Part shown: piece after piece, positions 25,830-37,476 of the stretch
How the letters are laid out: every line of letters begins with the position of its first letter
Numbering within the stretch: the stretch's first letter is position 1
NCBI RefSeq assembly: GCF_001194135.2
Contig: NC_068982.1
Location: 166,269,378-166,333,377, forward strand
Reading direction: 5' to 3'
Length of the DNA stretch: 64,000 nucleotides
Origin: Octopus bimaculoides
Taxonomy: Eukaryota
Position numbers and translations under genes: made by a program
Notes under the pieces: generated by a model
The model's input: the letters and a program-made list of their open reading frames with translations, nothing else
Told to the model about the DNA's origin: nothing
The model's database searches: none

Positions 25830-26760
25830 TGATAGATGCTACCGGATCACTTCAGCATGGCAGACTGTTACTAAAACTAGTGACCCGAAAAAAGACAAAC
25901 ATGCAAATCTAAAATCCTTGAGCCAGCTGGATCGCTTAAACCAAAGGTTCTGAAACCGGCGTACATGTATCCCACGTTGTACACAAGAAGAACTGCGGGG
26001 TCACAAGTTCGTAAAATCAGAGGAATTCTTATTTCACTATCACACTAGACTTGATAGTGCAATGACTACGCAATATGAAGAGATTGAACATAGAAAAGGA
26101 AGAAATGCGAGCTTCGCTGGAGGAAGTATGGGTAATAGCATAGTGGTTATGAAATGGAAACGAGCGAGGGTGCGAAGTATTACCTGGTAGGACATTTGAG
26201 TGTGAAATCCCCAGAAGATAAATCCGTGATTCACGAGTTTAAGATATCCTTCCCATCCATCCAATCTGTTTATGTAGGGAATAATGAAAATAACCTCATG
26301 CCCCAGTGTTCTAAAACAGGGATACTCGAACACATCTTAAGCAGCTGCTCCAAGATACTAAAGACACTAGAGACATTACAAGCCCCCTCAAGACCACCGT
26401 AGAGGTAATCAACAGAAAATTAGCAACAGCAAAAATGTCCGCATTACAACCAGTTAAGGAGAGAACGCTGCCAAAGAAAAGACTCAAGATTTGCTCCGAT
26501 GGTTTGCTTTCCATGGCACATGACTAAGTGACGAAATTTGATCTTGTGAAGCATTCGAAATTCCGATCATATATCATCTAGTCCTCGTTGAGACCAAACA
26601 TGATCTTGATTTCTGAGGCAACAAGACAGTTCATCTTACTGGCGTTGCTCAGAATATATTTAATAAAGAGAATGCAACTCATTTTGAAGAATGAAACATA
26701 CAAAATGAGGAACCAGGCGAGGAAGATATGGAATATTAAATCAAAGAAAACAATCTGGCA
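25830..26760 (+). mobile_element. RLE-type non-LTR retrotransposon fragment (Hero/NeSL-like), decayed
   Basis: Peptides KWKRARVRSITW, PSNLFM, the zinc-knuckle CSKTGILEHILSSC and the RLE core RPNMILISEATRQFIL occur in the expected order. Confidence 0.7.
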
Positions 26761-27644
26761 GGTGCATATGAAAATGGAAAAACCGAAGATCAGAACCAGA
26801 AGAGGAAACTAAAATCAGAAAACACCTCACACTTCGAAAATTCGAAGCAGAAATCATTTACTACGACTTCGAGTACCTAAATTCAAAACCAAAGAAAATA
26901 TGACGCCATAATGCAGAAGGAACTCTGGGAAAGAACAAATGGAAAGACATGAGAAGAACAATTAGATTTATGGAAAATCGATAAACAAAGAAAAGAAACG
27001 AAATCAAAATACTAGAATCGAAAATCTGTGGTTACAGGCGTATGAAGCCAATTACGGAATAGAATTAGAGAAAACTAAAAATAAAACATAAAAATCTTTA
27101 AAACACACAACTTGGCAATAACAGAAGGAACCATAACTCCATCATAATTTACAAGTCAGATCAAGAAATAATTGAAGGGCGACAACCCGTAACCTTTCAT
27201 ATGCAGAAGTAATCAAAAATGGACCGAAATTCAATAATTCATACCAAAACAGATTCAACTACCATAAAATGTAAACAATAACAATAGAAAAACAGACTAA
27301 AATAGACGGTCAAACCAAAGAAAATAATATAAATCTACTAAAAACAAGTCAACATACCAGGGAAGATGGTATGACAATAATACTAGACATATCAACAACT
27401 ACAAACCCTCCTTCCAGCAAATAGAAAGAGTACGATGACTCACAAAACAAAAGTTCTTTTTAGAGAGCAGGGCTTCCAAACAAAAGCAAAAGCAAATACT
27501 AATGATGCAAAGATGTGAAAAAATACTGAACCAACCAATCCAAAAGTAATAAATTTATCACAATGAAACCTCGTGAAAATTGAAATAAAACTTTGATTAC
27601 GGACTTAAATTCACACCAATTCCAAACCTAACACAACAGATCTT

Positions 27645-27775
27645 TACAGTTCTATATTTAAGAGATGAGGAATTATGTGCATTATTTACATTTGACGGAT
27701 ATTTGTCCTCATCTTGTTTGTTATTAACCAACGTTTTGGCTGATATACCCTCCAGCCTTCATCAGGTGTCTTGGG
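27645..27775 (-). mobile_element. inverted, 5'-truncated copy of the hammerhead-bearing SINE tail
   Basis: The reverse complement runs cccaagacacctgatgaaggctggagg...aattcctcatctcttaaatatagaactgta and matches 63081-63219. Confidence 0.9.
27725..27770 (-). ncRNA. minimal hammerhead motif (copy B, G12A variant)
   Basis: gacac CTGATGA a ggctg...cagcc AAAA cgt t ggtta. Perfect stem II, G12 changed to A. Confidence 0.45.
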
Positions 27776-28000
27776 CATATGGCGTAGTGGTTAAGAGCGC
27801 AGGCTACTAACCCCAAGATTCCGAGTTCGATTCCAGGCAGTGACCTGAATAATAATAATATCGAAAAATACTTTAGGAATGAGAACCCAGTTTCGAAATT
27901 TCCCCAAGACACCTGATGAACGCTGGAGGGTATATCAGCCGAAACGTTGTGTTAACAACAAACAAGATGAGGACAAATATCCGTCAAATATAAATAATGT
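27773..28000 (+). mobile_element. tRNA-Arg-like SINE with PLE-type hammerhead tail (copy 1)
   Basis: The head gggcatatggcgtagtggttaagagcg...ctac...aagattccgagttcgattccaggc has A and B boxes and resembles tRNA-Arg(ACG). Together with the inverted tail it is flanked by the 12-bp TSD ACAACAGATCTT (27633-27644 and 28001-28012). Confidence 0.9.
27908..27953 (+). ncRNA. minimal type-I hammerhead ribozyme motif (copy A)
   Basis: gacac CTGATGA a cgctg[gagggtatat]cagcc GAAA cgt t gtgtt. Core intact, stem I gacac/gtgtt, stem II with one C-C mismatch, palindromic ACGT in place of stem III. Confidence 0.6.
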
Positions 28001-31000
28001 ACAACAGATCTTATTAAAGAGTTTTGTCGAAAACCTCGTCTACGATAGTTCTTCCAGAGGAAAGATTACGAAGATCCATGACTTGTAAAAAGTTTTTTTT
28101 TAAAAGTAACATAAAAAAAACTGGAACGAAATCAAATAATCAGTATTAGAGGAATATATGTATCTGAAAAGATCAGTAAACTGAAACATTACAGATGAAG
28201 TGCAAAATGCATCGGAATATCTATGGAAGCTAAGGAGGAATTGTTGTAATAATGGACAATACCTATTACAGGGAAATGGCCTTGGTAAATGACCAACATT
28301 TCTACAAAACAAAATTTAGAATCAATGCAGGTAAACAATGAACAAAAGTTATAAATTAACGGACAAATTCAACAATTTAATAGGAAAGAAGTTGGAATAC
28401 CTAATTTTAAGGTATAAACAAGTAACTTTTATGGATAACAGAATATTCGTGAATTTCATGAAATTTACAGCACCTTAAAGCACTCTATACATCATATGTA
28501 AAGATTCTCAAACCATCTGCTTTAAAATTATGCCTGCTGCTGCAGGACCAGCATCAAACACCCACTTCTTAAGCAAGAAATTTACAGAGCCTAACTTTGA
28601 AACCATTATGCAAATTGATTCCTAGTTTTATCAGGGATGGTGTGGACTTCTAAACTACGTTCTAGAAAAATTAACTATGTAGATGATACTGATTAATATC
28701 GACATGTCCCCTCTACAGAAATATTCCCCATGGATTAGAACTGGAACCCGTAGAATTCTGAATAGACAAATGCCTACACACAATTTAGAAGATACTGGAA
28801 ATAGTATTCTGGATAGGAAAATACCCACACACAGTTCAGGAAAAAATCTCAAAAGAATTTATATTAGAAAGATTACAATTGGTGCCAGAAAATAACTGCT
28901 TCTTAGATTACTAATATTACCTTCAAATAAAAAGGAGGTCAGTGGGCACGAAAGCACTGAAGATTCAAACAATAGTGATAGAATTCCTTGAAGAAAAATA
29001 TTTATACCCGTTCTAGGATTACTTTTGATTAGCATTTCTAATCCGAATTAAAAGAAAACTGGAAAAGATTCCTGAATTAGTGCTTTATATTTTGGAACAG
29101 AAGTAAGGAAGACCTTGCAAGATTCTTGAAATGAGTAAATAGCTTTGATAAATCACTATGGAAAAGAAGGAAACTTCCTTTTGGGGGTCATTTTGGTAAT
29201 TTAGAAAAATGAGACTGCTATGACTAATCTCTACTGCGGAGACCAAAACACTCACTAATATTTAGACTTTAGATCTTGTTGCCAATCCTATAGTAAAAGA
29301 AATATCTCATTTAAGATGCCTTCGGAAACAAAAACACTCGAAAAACTTAGTAAATCATGCCATAGCAAAAACAAAAAAAATTCCAATCACTGACTTATGG
29401 AGAAACCTTTACAATAAGTGAGAAGACAAAACGTTGGAGTATTCTATTTTGTAGTCACACATAATCCTAGAAACCATAACATCTTACATTCGGCCAAACG
29501 ATACCGTCCAATTTTAATCATGAGAAGAATAATCAAAGAGTCAAATTATTAACTGCCGAAGACAGCCACCAACTACTTTGACTACTAGCAAAGGCGCAAT
29601 TTACATCAAAAGAAGAAATAATGCTGGTAACAAAGTGTGAAGATACTCGTTGTGGGACGTGCTAATTAACTGAACAGGGCAAAATCAAAAAAGGAAAGGA
29701 ACTGAAGGTCAATGCAAATTTGAATTGCAAAACAAAAATAATTTCATCTGCTGCATTACAAACTCACAATGGAATGAGAATTATATTGGCCAAACTGGAA
29801 CAAAATTAATATGTTGAGAGTACTTAAATAACAGATCAAAGATTATCTCTTAGGATTGTTCCATGAAGTAAACATCTGATATTTGTGCAAATGAAAAAAA
29901 TTCAAATTTTTCCCTACTTTCAAAATAAAGGGAAGAAAATTACCAAAAGGCAAATGAAAGATACTTTACAAGAATTCTAAATCCGTCCGAAACTAAATCG
30001 GAAGTAGTCAACAACGCTACTAAAAACAACTACCTCAATACAGATTAGCTTATAATACGTGTGTTTGTAAACCTGAGAACTAAAAAAGGGCTTAAGAGAA
30101 CACGAAAACTTCCTTCCATAAGGTTTGTGTCATTCTGATGGATGGGGGCTCAGTTGTTTTTTATGTGTGTGGGGGGGGGGTGTCTGTCTGTCTGTCTNNN
30201 NNNNNNNNNNNNNNNNNNNNNNNNNNNNNNNNNNNNNNNNNNNNNNNNNNNNNNNNNNNNNNNNNNNNNNNNNNNNNNNNNNNNNNNNNNNNNNNNNNNN
30301 NNNNNNNNNNNNNNNNNNNNNNNNNNNNNNNNNNNNNNNNNNNNNNNNNNNNNNNNNNNNNNNNNNNNNNNNNNNNNNNNNNNNNNNNNNNNNNNNNNNN
30401 NNNNNNNNNNNNNNNNNNNNNNNNNNNNNNNNNNNNNNNNNNNNNNNNNNNNNNNNNNNNNNNNNNNNNNNNNNNNNNNNNNNNNNNNNNNNNNNNNNNN
30501 NNNNNNNNNNNNNNNNNNNNNNNNNNNNNNNNNNNNNNNNNNNNNNNNNNNNNNNNNNNNNNNNNNNNNNNNNNNNNNNNNNNNNNNNNNNNNNNNNNNN
30601 NNNNNNNNNNNNNNNNNNNNNNNNNNNNNNNNNNNNNNNNNNNNNNNNNNNNNNNNNNNNNNNNNNNNNNNNNNNNNNNNNNNNNNNNNNNNNNNNNNNN
30701 NNNNNNNNNNNNNNNNNNNNNNNNNNNNNNNNNNNNNNNNNNNNNNNNNNNNNNNNNNNNNNNNNNNNNNNNNNNNNNNNNNNNNATATATATATATATA
30801 TATAATTAATAGGTTTTAATTTTTTAAATATCTTTCTTTACATATTGACCGCATCAAGTCTGTTTTTTTTTTGTTTTTTTTTTTCAAAAATCTTACATGT
30901 CCAATGGGTGAGAAGACGCTAGTATAAGCGAACAATATAGAATAACAGCAGATTAGAGCTCGGAAAGTTCAAATTCTAAAAAACAAACTTTCTGATGAGA

Positions 31001-32970
31001 GTAAAAATAATTCTGCAAAGTAAAATTTAGATATAAGAACTGTATGGCTCGATCCTGTAATAAAGAGACAAAGGACAAGCACAATACAGCATTATAACTC
31101 TTATTAAAGATGTTATATGAACATAACATGATTATAGTCAAACGCCCTAGCAAAAATAAGACACCATCGGAGATCATGCAACACAAACTATAGAGTCGAA
31201 CAAGACTCCCAAAACATTAAAAATCATCTATATAAAATATTTGAAAACGATTAATGAAAAAGATAACCATACATTCTAATGTGTGTAAAAATACGAAAAG
31301 AATTTTAAAAATCCACCGCCTGCAGACCACAATGGCGTGGAACTTGAGTCACTGGGGAAAGGAATTAAGTTTAAATGATGGAAATAAACCTTTTTTCTTT
31401 TTTTTTTCGTTGAATGCGTGTCAGCGCAAACATGCATACATATCGGTTTGTTTTCTTCCTTTGCTGTTCTTCACTTGCGTACTTGCTCATTTCTAATCTC
31501 ATTTTGTATTTCTTATTGGCAATACGAATTTGAATACAATATGAAAATCGTTATAAATTATGTGTGGCGGAAACAAATTAATTAATCTAGTGATCAGAGT
31601 TAAAAGTCCTAACACAGTTCCTACTTTTTTCAACTAACTATTTTTGGTTAATTAACGAAAGGAAACCGATCAAACACAGCAGGAATTAGCATTCAAAAGT
31701 TATTTCGTTAAGCTAGCTTTCGTCCTTGTTGCTGTTAAGTCTTTGTAACCCTCCGCTAATTTTGTTTTCCCTTAGTTTTGACTCAAAACAATGCAGCTTT
31801 ATAATGTCACATTGAGATTTATAAAGCGCTGTCGGTTGGAAAGGGTGTACTTATAACATGATTACTTGAATAGATGCCAAGAATTTTGTCCAAATCGAAG
31901 GTTGGCTTTTAGGCTATCAATTCTATACCAACTGTTATTACAAGGGCATCGAACTCCGTTTTTCTCCTTCAAATTTCGGAAACTTTCCAGAGAAAGTTCC
32001 TAAATAAACCATTTTCTTCAAAAGCTTTACCGAAAATTGCTTTTGATTTATCGAATTATTTTTATTGAATTTATTCTCGCTCGACCAATTCTGAAAGCAC
32101 TTGTCTGTATCTCTCGCCTTCATTTATGAATATTTATATATTTCCTTCTGTTTTCTTGAACGGAGATCCATTTATTAGACTCTGTATTAAAAAAATACAT
32201 TTCATCTATTTCGTTTTTGTATTTGGTTTGCAAGATTCTTTATGTGAATTCATGTGTTGAAGCGTGTTGTTTTGTCTGTTTTAATGCCTTACTAATTAAT
32301 ATACTCACCGGTTCAATTTCCACTCATTATTTTTTTTTTCTAAAATTTTCTTTGCTTCTTGCAACCTCATCTAAATATTTATTTTGTAGGGAAATAACAA
32401 TATTAAATAACTGGATTCTACACATCAGATCTGCTTATTCAAACTTATACGCATATAACCGGTCGAATACCTCACAACCAATACAAACTACACTCGGGCG
32501 TAGGATGAACAAACTGTCCTGTTTATGAGTATAGGTATGAAAAAAGAAGTCATATTCTGAAGAGCTTTCTGCCGTTGGTATTGACTTTTTCAATGGAGCC
32601 TTATAGTGCTTCATTGCCTGAAATAGTACTCTTTCAGATCGTCGCGAAATATTTTTCCCCGAAAAAGTTTCACACGGGAAACCTCTTTAATTTCATTTGA
32701 TGGGAGGAAAGTTTTACAACGCCCACTGCATATTTTACACAATATTTATGAAACAGAAGAACAGACATACAAATATTAAATACGACAGGCAACAAAGCAA
32801 CTGACAAATATGGTTGACATAAACACGAAATATAGATATAGATTTGATAATGATTTGTTCTCATCACTAAAGTAGCAAGTTTAAATTTCTTAATAGATTC
32901 CTTTATGCAAAAAGGTAAGTGTAATTCGATAGAAAATGGAAAGTTCTGTTTGTTAATCGTTTATTAAATA

Positions 32971-33360
32971 ATGTGGAGGCGCAATGGCCCACTGGTTAGG
33001 GCAACGGACACGCGGTCATAGGATCGCGGTTTCGATTCCCAGACCGGGCGTTGTGAGTGTTTATTGAGCGAAAACACCTAAAGCTCCACGAGGCTCCGGC
33101 AGGGGATGGTGGCGAACCCTGCTGTACTTTTTCACCACAATTTTCTCTCACTCTTACTTCCTGTTTCTGTTGTGCCTGTAATTCAAAGGGCCAGCCTTGT
33201 CACAATCTGTGTCACGCTGCATATCCCCGAGAACTACGTTAAGGGTACACGTGTCTGTGGAGTGCTCAGCCACTTGCACGTAAATTTCACGAGCAAGCTG
33301 TTCCGTTGATCGGATCAACTGGAACCCTCGACGTCGTAAGCGACGGAGTGCCAACAACAA
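32971..33360 (+). mobile_element. tRNA-derived SINE of about 390 bp with (CAA)n tail
   Basis: A box tggcccactgg and B box gtttcgattcc. The 3' roughly 170 bp is homologous to the 22889 SINE. Flanking ATTAAATA at 32963-32970 and 33361-33368 is a probable TSD. Confidence 0.9.
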
Positions 33361-33403
33361 ATTAAATAGTTGTTGTTTCTGACTGCCAGCCTCTGAAACA
33401 ACT

Positions 33404-33467
33404 TTACTCTCTCAAAGTTGTTACTCTCTCAAAGTTGTTACTCTCTCAAAGTTGTTACTCTCTCAAA
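33404..33467. repeat. 17-bp minisatellite TTACTCTCTCAAAGTTG x3.8
   Basis: Directly visible perfect units. Confidence 0.9.
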
Positions 33468-33650
33468 CATAAGATATGAATGATTAGAAGGAAAGGCTTT
33501 CAGTGTTTTTGTTTTTTCTTCATAGTCACCTAATCGTTTGTTGCAAATTGCCTTGATCTTTGAATCTTGGCGTTTATGATTCCCAGTTCCATATTAATAC
33601 GGAAATTTTGCTTATACATTGAATTGATTCTTTAGCATTACCATCTAGAT

Positions 33651-33859
33651 CAGTGGTTCTCACTCATGAACCCCATAGCCGTTTGATGCTTAAAAAAACG
33701 TTATATTTATATAATTAGATATAATTAGGAATTATATATAAATTTATTAAAATGTTTTGTTTATTGTTGAAGTATAATCAATTTATTGCACAGAAATTCT
33801 AACTGCAAAATTTTATATGATCTTCCAAGGGTCACAAGGACCCCGATTGAGAACCAATG
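33651..33859. mobile_element. hAT (Charlie-like) MITE
   Basis: TIR CAGTGGTTCTCA / TGAGAACCAATG (11/12). Flanks ATCTAGAT and GTCTAAAT fit a diverged NTCTAGAN 8-bp TSD. Confidence 0.75.
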
Positions 33860-34548
33860 GTCTAAATAGATTTCGGGATCTTCTCTTAATATTGTTACCG
33901 TTATATAAGCTGTTTATGGCATGAGCTTTAATCTAGTCAATTACATATTTGCGGTTTTTACCAGTGAATTCCTTTTTTTCTATAACATACTTTTGCCTGA
34001 AGGAAAGTTCTTATTGCTAGTGTTTCGGCCCTATTTGTACTATGTCCAATAACAGCTTGTGTCGCTAAAAAACAGGAATAAGTTTTGATGCAGTTTTTTT
34101 TGACGCCGAACAAACCTACAACTCCTTTATTCTATAGCAGGCTTATTGCACAGAGATAGCCAACCAAAGACTTAACGTTGACCATTCAGAGGTTGTCATG
34201 TTTCTGTGATTGTTGTAGCTATATTATTTGGATATTAATAGGTTTGCGCATTCCTTTAGTTCTTTACTTAATTCAAACATTTGTAGTTCTACTGGAGACT
34301 TGATTTGAGAAGAATTTGACTGCTTGCTAGATTATTGAGTCGATCGACTGCATAGCTTCTTTGCTGGTATACCACTGAAAAGTTACATGTCGTGTCCAAT
34401 AAGTCTTCCAGGGTTTCGTATATAATGCATGTTTATATATCGCCTTACTTCTGGGACACATTCCATTTCGAAACCATGTTTATTTATTACTTATACTATT
34501 CGTACTATAGTGCTAATTTAACTTTTGTTGTTTTTAAGTGCATTGAAG

Positions 34549-34582
<34 letters not shown>

Positions 34583-35202
34583 NNNNNNNNNNNNNNNNNN
34601 NNNNNNNNNNNNNNNNNNNNNNNNNNNNNNNNNNNNNNNNNNNNNNNNNNNNNNNNNNNNNNNNNNNNNNNNNNNNNNNNNNNNNNNNNNNNNNNNNNNN
34701 NNNNNNNNNNNNNNNNNNNNNNNNNNNNNNNNNNNNNNNNNNNNNNNNNNNNNNNNNNNNNNNNNNNNNNNNNNNNNNNNNNNNNNNNNNNNNNNNNNNN
34801 NNNNNNNNNNNNNNNNNNNNNNNNNNNNNNNNNNNNNNNNNNNNNNNNNNNNNNNNNNNNNNNNNNNNNNNNNNNNNNNNNNNNNNNNNNNNNNNNNNNN
34901 NNNNNNNNNNNNNNNNNNNNNNNNNNNNNNNNNNNNNNNNNNNNNNNNNNNNNNNNNNNNNNNNNNNNNNNNNNNNNNNNNNNNNNNNNNNTATTAACGC
35001 CATTAGTTATCCTTTATTTTCGAATTTGATGTTTTGTTGGAGGCTTTTTTTTATTGTTTATTTTATTCTATAATTCAAACAATAACCTAGTATCAATTAT
35101 GAAACAAAGAATGAAAATCGAAATAAAATATAAAACAATATATTTTTTTTGTAAAAAATGCAAGTATATTAATGGAATATTTCTCTTTTTCGTTTTGCCT
35201 TT

Positions 35203-35234
35203 TATTATTATTATTGTTATTATTATTATTATTA

Positions 35235-35284
<50 letters not shown>
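35203..35284. repeat. (ATT)n microsatellite with GTT interruptions
   Basis: Directly visible. Confidence 0.95.
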
Positions 35285-35286
<2 letters not shown>

Positions 35287-37255
35287 AACATATAAGTTGA
35301 TGCAAAATGCATAAATAGCAATTTTTGTTGTTATGATTGTGGTTAATGTCGTTGGTGGTTGTTGTTTCTTTCAAAGTGTATCTCAAGTATTTTTTGACAC
35401 GTTCAGTCTTATTTTTCGAATCGCTTGAACTATTTTCCCATTTTTTGTTTCCTTTCTATTATAACAATTTCTATTTCAGGCTTATTCCCGTCGTCGTCGT
35501 TATTATTGTTCCTGTGTTTGCACTGTTGATGATGTTGTCATCGTTGTTGTAACACTGCCGATGTTTTATGGTCGAGTTTGTTATTGTTGTTCGTTATGAT
35601 TTATCCATTTGTTCTCCATTTTATAACTTTACTTCTAATGATTTCAAACTGAACAGAAATGACATTTCTAAATACATACATTTTGTTGTAGTTCTTGTTG
35701 TTGTTTCGGGTTCATTCAAATCTGAAAGAAAATATCTTCCTATAGAAATTGGACAAGAGTTTATTTCTTGATATTTATTTAAAAAAATTAATTTTTTTAA
35801 CATTTCCAAACAAAGCCAAATTTATGTTTTTTGTGTGTTTTTTTTTTTACCTTTTACGGTTTTTTCTAAGAATTTTTTCAAGGCTTTATTTAAATATGTT
35901 GTTCATTTCAATTGTAATGATTAGTACTGAATCCAATCCAACTTCTGGTTACAGGCAACTTGTCCAAAGAGTGCTCTTCCTATGCGTATGATGGAGCGGT
36001 TCGAGCTTGCAATGGTTAGAATTTCGACTCTTGCCCATTATCTAATAACTATCGACAATCGTTTTTATTCATTTCAAAAGTACTTTTGCTGTCCTTGGGA
36101 AAGGCGTGATTACTGCAGTTGCACTCGAAAATGTACAATCATTTTTGCTTAGTCAAAAGAACCCAATTAACTATTGATTAAAGTGTTTCGTCTGTTTTAC
36201 AGGATGAGTTAGTTGGGATGAAGGGTTAATTTCGTTGCCTTAATCAGACAGTAGTGTGGTTGAGACAGAACCGTACATCTGACTAATTAAATAAGAATTA
36301 GTCCGAGAAAACTAAAAGGATTCTAAATCGACAAAATCATTGAGTAAAGTTGGAAGTTCTTGGTACGTTTATATGGCGCAAGGTATGAAGATATTAACAT
36401 TTAGACCCCGACGGACTTTACTCGAAACACCAACATTCTCGTCTATCTTCACGACATATGATCGTAGCTAAATTTCCGAACTTTAATAAATGTGGCTCGT
36501 TATATGACATTTGGCCATCTTTTCTTAGTTATTCTCAACTGTGTGCCGCAGTACGTCACTTACAGTGTCTAATAGCATATTCAAAATGCAATCAGAATTT
36601 CAAAAATATGATTGAAGGTTTTACAAAATCTATGTTAATGTTTGACCGTCTTTAAAAAAAAGCGTTATTCACAATTTTTATGGACACATTCAAGATTTAA
36701 TAAAACAAAGTAACAGATTTTTAGTATATTTTTAACTTTAAAACATTGTTCTTGTCTATCTTCTATGCTATGTGAGTCAGTAATTATTCGATCTCCAGTT
36801 CGCCAGTATTTTTTTTTCTTTTTATTTAATCTCGAGCCTCAAGAGTTTTATTCAGTTATTTACCCTACCCCCATTCTGAAGTATCCCACTACCATCAAAA
36901 TATAGCCACGTCCCACCAATGGGGTATACACACCGTCTTAAAACCACTGATCTAATGTGTTATGGAGTCAAGAAGATTGAGAACCACTGCCTTATATGCA
37001 AAGCCTTTGCGACATCATGACATAAACCGATAAACTATAAATTCCACTATTCACTATTTAACAGTTATGAAGAGTCTTCAGTTGCACCATTGCTGGAAAC
37101 GGGATTTTTATTTAAGCCTATAAAAGATATTTTATTCGAAATTATTAATGCTCTGATGTCTTCTCGTATTATTCAAAGTGTTTTAAATTTTCTTTCTCTA
37201 TTTTTGTTACTACTAATACTTAATAATATTCTTTTGCTTGTTTTTTCTGTTTTAG

Positions 37256-37312
37256 GGAATAATCGTGTCAGATTTCGGGATAAAAACAAAGGTTGCAATT
37301 TAGTAGTTTCGG
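37256..37312 (+). other. candidate 57-nt exon of an unidentified host transcript
   Basis: TACTAAT branch-like site (37211-37217), polypyrimidine tract, tttag|, then an open frame xGG-NNRVRFRDKNKGCNLVVS-G and the donor CGG|gtaagt. No homolog recognised. Confidence 0.3.
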
Positions 37313-37383
37313 GTAAGTCAATTTTCATTTATTTATCCCACTGGTTTAACATTTTTGCATATATCATTGACGCTCTCTCTCTT

Positions 37384-37476
<93 letters not shown>

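Larger units (their letters stand above)
26780..30050 (+). mobile_element. near full-length decayed Penelope-like retroelement (N-terminal region, RT, GIY-YIG), interrupted at 27645-28000
   Basis: GLKFTPIP (27601-27624) resumes as KEFCRKPRL (28016-28042). Then YRNIPHGLE (RT3, 28714-28740), ENNCF..YYLQIK (RT4 region), YLDFRSC, TKCEDTRCGTC (Zn linker) and NYIGQTG (GIY-YIG, 29779-29799). Confidence 0.8.

Noticed and set aside
36890-36995. Two hAT-like right ends (ttaaaaccactg, ttgagaaccactg)
   Set aside because: No matching left TIR or TSD was found, so no element could be delimited.
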